Shown here: positions 54,355 to 64,000 of the stretch, piece after piece
Layout: each line of letters starts with the position of its first letter
Numbering within the stretch: the stretch's first letter is position 1
Assembly (NCBI RefSeq): GCF_036321535.1
Contig: NC_087447.1
Span: 48,238,001-48,302,000 of the forward strand
Direction of reading: 5' to 3'
Length of the DNA stretch: 64,000 nt
DNA from: Camelus dromedarius
Lineage: Eukaryota
The notes under the pieces: model-generated
Seen by the model: the letters and a program-made list of their open reading frames with translations, nothing else
The model's database searches: none
Told to the model about the DNA's origin: nothing
Position numbers and translations under genes: made by a program

Positions 54355-54443
54355 GTGGCATTCTGTTGAGTACCAGTCGGCACTACAGGTCAAAGCCCAC
54401 CCACGGCATTGGAAGATACAAGCACCTAGTTAAAGCACAAGAG
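54355..54443 (+). CDS. MRPL48: MRPL48 coding exon 4 (89 nt, [29 protein letters not shown]); later exons lie right of the window
   Basis: Acceptor tttctctcttctag| and donor GAG|GTAAAG. Contains the conserved KPTHGIG(K/R)YKHL motif. Exons 1-4 total 201 nt with no stop. Confidence 0.96.
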
Positions 54444-57400
54444 GTAAAGAGGATAGGGGTCCTTTAGAAAAGGATAGTGTGCAGCTTTTGCAAGGACTCA
54501 AAGATCAGATATGCAAAGATTGGATAGTTTTAGAGCTAAAAAGGATTGGGGGTCGTCTTTCAGTCCTCTTCAGTTACTTAGTTTCAATGTGATCCAGAGT
54601 GGAGATGTTTTTGCCAGTTCCCAATCTTGTCTCTAGGCCATGTTATCACAGTGAAAAGCAAATGATTTAGTTTTATTATTTGTGATACTTAAAGAAAATA
54701 TCTTCTTAGTACTTAGTTCCATATGGACCTCCCGATGGAAATGATACATTCAGTTTAGTTTGGCAAGTAGAGGTGGATTAACATTTTCAGCCAAATAGCT
54801 GATTTTTACAGTATTTGCAGGTTGAAAATATGTATGTGTTACTTGAATTCATTGTCACAGATAACTGGGAGTTAGTTCTGAGCATTACAAGATTATTTAG
54901 CCTATTTATCTGACCCCAGCTGCAGGATTGCGTCTGTGGTGGTTATATTTTTGTGCATTTGCAGAGGACTTTGTGGTGGGATGGACATAATGCTGTCTTG
55001 AAAGTCAGACAATTTGGCTTTGAGTCATGATTTTATCACTTCCTGTAAACAGTACAGTTAGAAAGATTTGCTGTTCTACTTGGGGAGATTTCAACATCTT
55101 TTTTGGTTCTTTGGCTTAGTTTGATGCTTCCACACAACCATGCACATCTCCCATTGCCCCTCTCACCTTGGCAGAGGTCCATTACCACTATATTTGGGCC
55201 TCAGAAACCACTAAACTTGCCACATTCTCCTGAGCATCATCCTTATATCAAGGAATTTCATGAAAGGAGCATTGCTACATCCGAGGCTTGTATCAGGCAG
55301 CCTCCCAGAAGAAAACAGCCCTACTAAAATTGTTCCTTTGTGGTAAGAAGAATACTGAACGGGGGACCAAGAAACTTGTGTTCTAGCCTTGGTTTCACCA
55401 CTTATTAACTTCGTGATTTGGGGTAAGTTAACCTTACCCCTCTGGGCCTGGTAGTCCCTGAAATTATACGTAAAATGTTTTCCATGTGTGATTTTTTCTG
55501 GGAAGAGAGTCCATAACTTTTGTTAGACGCTTTGCCAAGTTTGAGGAGCTCTGGATTAGAATATCTTTAAGAGTCTTTCAGCTCTGATATCATGTAACAC
55601 CATAATACCATGAAATAGTTATCAAACATCTATTATGTGCTAGGCACTTCTGCGGGTACCTTGCCTATTCAGACTAAGTTGCACTAAACCTTTATAGTAT
55701 GACTGAACAAAACCTGATTCATACTCAGAGGGAGTTGATAAACCACTAGAGGTAAGACATAGATAATTATGCTCCCAAGCAGAAAGTGACAAGCACTAAA
55801 AGGAAGATACAAAGTGCTATTAAAATTCAGAACGAGTTATTTACACTCTTTTTAAGTTATGATACCTTAGAATAAGTTATTGGAGTTGTTTTATTTTGGG
55901 ATATCCCCCTTCTAAAAGTCCCACATAAATTAGTGGGAAATAAAATTAGTTTTGTTTGGGTGTGGGTTTTTTTTTTTTTTTTAAATTTCTTGAGATCCCT
56001 CCTCAAAGATAATTTTCTGTATAACATGCTCTGACCCACTCCTTGGCTTGGTATAAAAGGAAGCTTACTGTTTGGTGCCATTTTTCTCTCTAGCCTCCTG
56101 TCCCATCTCATGGATACCATGCTCAAATCAGCCTACTGTTTTGAGGCCCCTCACATGCTCTTCTGTCTGCTTAGAAGACCTTCTCTCCTTCTTCACTTGG
56201 CTAATAGATCATGAAATTTTCAATCCCATTGAAGAAGCAGGAAAAGGAGGAGGAAAATGAATCTCCCTTTTGAGAAACCTCCCTGGATTCCCTGCACTGG
56301 GTTACTTGTCCTACCATGAGCTGCTGGAATTCCTGTGCTTCCTCTGTCCTAGGACTTGCTGCTCTGTTTTGACCACCTGTTTCGATGACTATCTCCCGTC
56401 CTAGATGGTGAGCTCCCTAAGGGTAGAGGCCATGTCTCATTTTTTTCTGTATCCTCAGGGTCCAACACAAAGCCTGACATCAACTAAAGGACAAAAAGTA
56501 TTGATTGACCTGAGCCTAAATGTGGTTATTGGAGGTGCCCTAAGGTTTTGTAGATCAGAGCTGGCAAACACAACCCACTCTCTCAGGCAGCTGCCTCCGG
56601 ATGACCTTGGTTGCTTGAAGGGAGTGATGCTCCCTTTTGTTAGGGCTGTAGGCTTTTCTCTGATGGCATTTATTGCTCAAAGGTGGCTAGCACAGTAGTG
56701 CTGGATAGTAGCGGATGCTGCTACAGGCTCCTCACTTCCTGCGTGAGACAGCACAATGAAAACTTTCATCTGCCAGACCCAAGTCCTTGTCTCTTTTGCA
56801 TCCATGGGGAACTAGACTGGAAAAGCTAAAAGGCATCTTTTGGCCCCTTTTCTCTCCCTAAGCTTAGAGCCTAGAAAAAACAATAAGCAGCCAGATTCCC
56901 ATTTTTCCTCTCTGGCTCTCAGGGTGACTCCTCTACCCTCTTGAGCCCTACATCCCTGGGATAAGTGTTAATTCTCATGTACAAAGTACCTAATCCTCAT
57001 CCCTTTTCTGCTAGTATAATCTCTTCACTCCTCCTTTCAAAGGTCCCACACTCAGTCTTATGACTCCTGAACCTTGGGAAGGAAAAGGTGCATCTTCCTC
57101 ATCTCAATTTTCTTTATCAATACTGGTTTTACCTCTTTCTTGCATGGCCTAGTTTATAACTCTGGATTGGTTCCCATTCTTCCATCCTATGCCCTTGTCC
57201 TTGTGGCTTCTCCGAGGAGTTAGTGAGATGAGAAGAGGAATGAAAACAAAGCTTCTTCTTGGGTGGCAGCATGGGGGATGACAGCAAACCATGGGATTCC
57301 AGGTCTCAGCACAAACCCAACCTCCTTCTCAGTGATTTCCCATTTTGTACTCTATGTTTCTGACACATTTTCTCACACACCCATGCTGTCTCATGCCTCT

Positions 57401-59374
57401 GTGCCTTTGCATGTTCTCTTTCTTCTTTATGAGATGAGACCTCCCTTTTTTTTCTCTTATCATGAAAGACCCAGCTTGACTCAGGGCGGTGAGGGTTCAC
57501 ATTTTAGAGAATATCTTAAGACATAGCACTGTGTCTCAGTGTGTAGATCTCATTATTCATTCTGTTAAATTTAAGAGGCTTCAGATTGTTTGGAGTAATT
57601 CCTATTTGATAGAAATAAAAAGAATATAGTCCTTCACATTTGTACAATGCTAGGTCATTTCTCCCAAAACCACTTACTTGTTCTCAGCTTTTGTCCAGCC
57701 TCAGATCTCTGGGTAATAGCCCAACAATCAAAGAATTGCCAAGAGGAAGATGTGGGAGGATGAAATGGCGGCAACATAAATTGCTGTCAGTTTCAGTTGT
57801 TGTATGTTCTGTTTTCCAGGCTCTGGGGCAAGAGGATAATGTATATTTTTTTTAACTCAGACACTTTAATTCCTCTTTATAGAATGGCCCCTAGGAATCA
57901 AGATACTTTTTCTCTTGGAAACTTCATGCTGTTTTGACTATTGACATAGAGGAGGGGTTTGTCATTTCTGACACCTACTTATTTTGTTGTAGCACCCATA
58001 GATAGATCAGCTCTCAGCCACAAGTCTGGGAGGAGACTGTGGCAACATTCCCAGAAAAATCAGCAGATCGGAATCACTTTAGGATGACATTCCTAGCTTC
58101 CTGGAAACAGAAAGATTGATTTTGCTGGTCTGGTGACTGTAGGACTAGACATGGATTATAGGACTGGCTTACAGAGAGTTGTTTTAAACTAGCATGCATG
58201 TTTTCCCTCAAGTCTGCCTCTTGTAACTCATTGAAAAGAACAACCATCATTGAGCATCTGCTATGTGCCAGACACTGTGCTTTGCACAGATGATGCTGTG
58301 GTGAGTGGGACACAGTCTCCTCTTACAAAAAACATACAGTGGGCTGGGAAGGATGCTGCTCAAAAGTGTAGCTAAATACAGTTGGGAAGTGCTTTACTAG
58401 GGGAATGAACTCAGTATCAAGAGAGCAAAGTTAAAGGAGCAGTTCTCCCTGAAAGGGTCAGTGAAGGTATTACAGAGTTCAGTTCAACAAACATTTATTC
58501 AATACCACCTGTGTTGTTGCACTGAGTATGTAAAGCGAACTGACACTCATCTAGGAGTAGCCCTTTGCTTGGGGTAGCTGGAAACACTGGGGCTGTAAAA
58601 ACAATAAAAATAGTTTCCCAAAGCTTTTCCAGGCACAGAGTGATTTCTGTGAAGACCTGGCTTTTCGCCTGTGCTGGCCTCTAGCCCACTGAAGTCTCAT
58701 CCCACCTTGCCTGTTCTGCTGCATTATAGCATTGTCAGTGTTAGAGAGATTCATATTTGATGTGAATAAAAATAATGATCCCTTTCCATTTTTAAAGTGC
58801 TTTCACATCCATTATCTCAGTGCCTCTCAAGACATAGGCCCTTGGAACACTGGTGATCCGAGCCAAACCCCTCCTCAAGTTTAACAATGACAATCTTACA
58901 CATTTTGGAAAGATATTAAGTTAATGGATTGAATTGTATAAATTTCAAATTTTTCTCCCATCAGTTTTACTTGATGAAAATAAATATTAACAGAGAAACT
59001 CATGTTTGCATATTTTTGACATGCAGAAAACTCTGTTTACATAATATAACCATATTTTCTGCCAGTTAAGTCATTCTTGTTGTGTAAGGTGACGGCATGT
59101 TGATGAGTATTTCATATTGCTTCCCAAAGGGAAACATGATTTATTTTAGGCCGTCTGCAACCAACAAATTTGAAAACCATGCCTTTTGATTCACCAACTC
59201 TCCTGTGAGGTAGACAAGGCAGAAAAGGGAACTGATTGAGAAGCATAAGTGATTTCTCTATGACCATATGGCTAGTAAATAACAGAATTAGAACCAGAAT
59301 TTAGTTCAGTTCAACTCAACATGTAATATTGCTCTGCTCGAGGATTAGAGAAATGAATGAGACATGGCACCTTC

Positions 59375-59700
59375 TTATTAAGATAGTGGTTTGGCTGCCA
59401 TAATAGAGAAATCAACTTAATCAAGGGGCTTAAGCAAGATAGAGTTTATTTTTCTCTCATATAAAAGTGTAAGTAGATATTCCAGCTTTTTGTTTTGCCA
59501 CACTTACCATCCTCCTTCTCTCTCATAGTGAGATGGCTGCTCCCATTTCTGGCTTCATATCCACATTCCAACCAGCAGGAAGGGGACCAGCAGAAAGGGA
59601 GAGCAGTATGCATGAGCTCATATCCAACTGGCCAGAACGTGGTCACATAACTGTACCTAGCTGCAGGGTTGGGAAATGTAAATTTTATTATGAATGGTCA
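59375..59700 (-). mobile_element. MaLR (MLT1-like) solo LTR
   Basis: ggcttaagcaagatagagtttattt...ggccagaacgtggtcacat. Confidence 0.65.
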
Positions 59701-60025
59701 TATGCCCAGCTAAAATTCAGCCATTCTGTTATTGTAGGAAAAAGAGAGTAGATATTGAGGAAACTGGTGGCTCTGCACACCTTCCTTAAAGGGAAAGATG
59801 GAGATTAAGAGAAATGTGTTGGAATTAGGCAGACCCAAGGTAAAGATTCAGTTCTGATGCTTACTAGTGTGTGTCCTTGGGTATGTTACTTTATTTTTCT
59901 AATCCACAGTTTTCTTGGCTTTTAATAACCATGTTATTTAAATGTTGTTGCAGGAATTAAGCTAAAAAAGAATGTTTTAAGAACTTAGCATAGTGTCTGA
60001 AACATGGAGTCCATAATAGTGGTGG

Positions 60026-60065
<40 letters not shown>
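60026..60065. repeat. (TGA)n microsatellite
   Basis: Directly visible. Confidence 0.99.
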
Positions 60066-63000
60066 AGCATTAGTCCGTCTTTTTACAATCCCATAGCACT
60101 CTATTTTCCTCCCTCAAAACATGCATCTTCTTATAATTCCTTGCTCTATATATGCCTTTTCTGATAGATTGCAAGCTTCAGCGAGGAGAGACTATGGCTG
60201 TCTTATTTACTATCATAACCCTAGTGCTAACCCTGGTCTGACTTATCACTAGCGGTCAGAAAATATTTGTTGAATAAATGCATATATGTGATAAGTGATA
60301 GTTGTGTATAAGGGGGAGAGGATTGCTATGGGAATACATAGGAGTAGGACCTAGACCTAACTCAGCATGAGGAATCAGTGAAGGCTTCCTGAAAGAGCAT
60401 GAACTGAGTCTTAAAAAATGTCTAGGAATTGCTCATGTTGAGGGTATTGGGTGAAGAGTCAGGAAGAGGAAACAATCTTTTCAGGAAGGGGAAACATTCT
60501 AGGCAAAGGTGGGAAGTCATTGATTCTGGAGATGCAGTTGAGAAACTTAGCAGTTTGTTAATCCTGGAGTCTCAAGTGGGCACTAGAGGATGAGAGGACA
60601 TGAGGCCTAAGAAGTAGTCAGGTCTAGAACAACCTTTTTAAAGACCATTTGTTGAGTAACTACTATATACCCTACATGTCATGCTGAAAACCAAGAAGTA
60701 CTGACCTGCTCACTGCCATTTCAGCTGCACCCACGTGAGGCCATTGCTTTGGGGTTTTAACTGACATGGTGCAGCAAGATAGCTTGTGTTGAACTTGCCA
60801 TAGGAGGTGGTCTGCTCTTTATGATTAAATTGAGAGGCTCTGTTCCTTCGTGTGTGTCTTCTGTCTCTGTCTCTCTGACCTGTAAGCTCCTTTAGAGCAG
60901 GACTTGGGTTTTCTCTTTTTTTGGTGTTCTTGCTTAGAGTGGTTGAATCAGTATTTTGCACATAGCAGATGGTTAATAAGTGCTTCATTCCGTAAACTAT
61001 ATGAGTAGGATAACAAAGACCATAATTACCTCCAATTTATGGTAATAATAACGTCTTATCTGTGTACCTTATGCAACCTTTTTTAAAGAAACCATTTATT
61101 GAGCAACTACTATATGCCAAATGCTGTAATTACCAAGTACCAGGCTTTAAAAGCATTGCTTCATTTTATAGTATTATAAATGGTATATTTTATTTAATCT
61201 TCAGATATCCTGTGGTTATTAAAGACCCTGTTTGAGGAATCTAAGACTTAGAGAGATTAAATGACTTGCCCAAGTGGCTAGTAATTTTCAGAGCTGATTT
61301 GAACTGAGAGTTCATGTCTACGCTATTTCCATTTCATATAATCACTATTTTGAGCTTCACAAGAACCTTAGGTGTTAGAGATGAAGAAACTGACACCTAG
61401 AGAGATCGCTCAATGTCATTTAGTGACTAAGCAGATAGAACTTGAGTCCAGATTTTCTTTGGCTTCCATCTTAATTTAGTGTTCTTTATGCAGCACCAGG
61501 CTGTGTCTCTTTGCCATCCCAGTCAGGGCCAGGTCTTTGTCTGGTATATGTGTCTTGAATGTGCCACCCTGAGTCATAAACATAATCACTTGATTTCTGT
61601 GCACCTTACATCATTATGGACTGTTCAGAGTACTATCACCAAATCATTTAAGTCCCCAGGTGTAACAAAATTTCCATCACCAAAATTTCTGGAAGCTGTA
61701 TATATTGAAACTTTTCATTTGAGGATTAAGATGATACAGTTTCTTCCCAACTTTCCTGCCCTGGAGAATGCCACCTGTAGTGATAGGCAGATATTATCAT
61801 CACTTTTGCAGAGGCTAGAAGAGAGAGCCCGGGCTTGGAGCCACAGACATATCTTCTAGCCATGGCTAGACGTAAAGTGGTTGCCTTTGCCGTTTCCTTA
61901 CTATTATAACCTTTAAAGAAGTCATTTCCCCTTTCTGGACCTCGACTTCCCTCTGTGTAAAATTAGGGAAGGAAGAACAGAGAGGCTAAATTATCTCTAA
62001 GATACCCTCCAACTGTTAGCAGTCTGTGATTCTAATCTGACTCCTTTCTCTGTTCTTTGCCAACAAGATTCCCGGTAACCTTAGGCAAGTAATATCCCTT
62101 CAGAGGACCTCAGTTTTCTGTCTGTAAAATAGGAGTAATATGGACATTTCTGTACAAAAGTGATTTAGTAATTTATCCTATGGCCCATTCTGAGCATCGC
62201 AGTGTACTCCTACAGGGATCTAAGAATGGCCGCTTTGGGCCATCCCACAGTAAATCCAGGTCAGTCACAGAAGTGCCAGTTTGATGGTGGATAGTAGTCC
62301 ATCCTTCGTGCCACCTTTCTCCTAGCCTCCATTCCTTTCCTGCCTGGCTCTCCTTCATGTGCAGTCTGAGTGGGCTTCCCAAAACACAGCTCTAGTCATG
62401 TGTACCTCCCTTGCACAGATATCTTTAATAGCTCTCCATGGCATTCATGAAGGCCTGAACTCAGGCAATAGGAATAGATAAAAAGGAGGGGATGGGTGTG
62501 AGGAAGATTATGCAGGGAAAATTATAGGAACTGTGTCTAAAATTTTATGCAGTCAAGCTCTTGCTGGCTATGCTGTGCTCTGGTTCAGAACTGAAATGTA
62601 ATATCACAATGGGCTCCTGATGGTGTGGATCAGTTCAGGCAGATCTAGGCCAATGTGGAAAAGCAAGTGAGATGCCAAGAGGGATACTAGAATCAGCCTT
62701 CTTTTTTTGTTCTCCTGAAGCGACACCTTTGAGGAGCCCTGGCATTTTCCCTGGTTAAGAAAAGCCTCCTGCAAGCTTCAGAGAAGCTCCTCCCTTCTCT
62801 GCTGGAAAATTTCAGCCACTCCCCATTCCATTCTGCCTTTAGCATTCTTCACAGCTCTGACTGCAGTGCTGTCATGATGAGAAGTCTGGATTGCTGCATT
62901 TGTCTTCGGGTGTGGTGGGCTCTGAAGAATAGAGAGCCAAGCCCCGGCACCTTGATGGTCTGTAGAGGCTGGCTTCTCACTCATAGCAAAATTTAGGACT

Positions 63001-63624
63001 CTGAGGTGACCACCACTGTTAAAAACTTTAATAATGCAGAGGCTGCAGTGGAAAATCTTCTGCATTGGGGGTCAGGAGGTCTGGGTTAATTCCTAGGATC
63101 TGTTCTGTCTGGCTGTGTGACTCTGAGAGACATATTTAATCTCTCTGGGCTTCATATTCTTCCCCTGCAAAGATGAAGAACTGGGACAAAATTATCTCCA
63201 AATGCCATCTTGTTCTAAAATTCTAAAATAATGATTCATTGCATGTTTTTTCTTTGCCGGGCCCTGTACTAGGAATGAGGAATATGTAAAAATGAAAGCA
63301 AGAATAAAAGTTAATGTTTATTGAGTTTTTAAATATGTGTCACAGATTGAATTAACTAATTTATATAGAGTGTTTCTTTCAGTTCTCAGAACATCCCTTT
63401 GAGACCAGGTTTGTCATCAGTATTACTGGCCTTGTGAAAGGACTATTTCTTGGTCCTCCCCCTACTTCCCCAGATTGGGCCCCTGCTCTCTTATGCTGAC
63501 CTGAAGAGCAGTGACATGAGAGAACCATTCTACCTGCTCTGCCAGGAACAACTCTGCTGTGGCAATCACTAGGCTGTTGGCTGTTAAGTAGGGGTGACTT
63601 AATAAAGATAGATTCCTTTTTTTC

Positions 63625-64000
63625 TCAAAAAAAAAAAAGTATTTCTATCTAATAGCAAGACATTCTAAATCTCCAATAATTAGAACAGTGTGGTATTGGC
63701 TCAAAGATAGGCAAATAGCCCAGTGGAACAGGGTAAAGAATGCAGAAACAGATCCAAGTATCTATGAAGACTTAATATATGACAAAAGTGACACTGCAGT
63801 GCATTGGTGCTGGGTCAGTTGAGTCAACTGGACAGGATAATCATGTAAAAAAACTGACTTGACTCCTATTTCATAGTGTACACAAAAATCACTTAACAAT
63901 GATTGTAGATCTAAATGTGTAATCTAAATGTTAAAATAATCAAACATCTAGAAGATACTATACAAGAATATCTTCATGATCTTAAGGGAAACAAAGTTTT
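63625..64000 (+). mobile_element. L1 ORF2 fragment running off the window
   Basis: acagtgtggtattggc...cagtggaacag...atatatgacaaa motifs. Confidence 0.75.

Overview
Mammalian genomic DNA, most likely a camelid (inferred from five tRNA-Ala-derived Vic-1-like SINEs and cetartiodactyl-type L1 3' ends). It holds two divergently oriented genes about 28 kb apart. RAB6A coding exon 1 lies on the minus strand (6663-6732) with its CpG-island promoter; intron 1 runs off the left edge. MRPL48 coding exons 1-4 lie on the plus strand (35491-54443, 67 codons); intron 4 runs off the right edge. Between them are an RPS23 processed pseudogene with target-site duplications (TSDs), a short unidentified mRNA retrocopy, and a ~600-bp CpG-rich promoter-like element with no visible gene (23.2-23.85 kb). 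The rest is mostly L1, HAL1, L2, MIR, MaLR and hAT remnants plus microsatellites. I see no convincing novel protein-coding system. The best leads are the orphan promoter and several unusual retrotransposition products. Repeat family names are recalled from consensus sequences, not from a database search.
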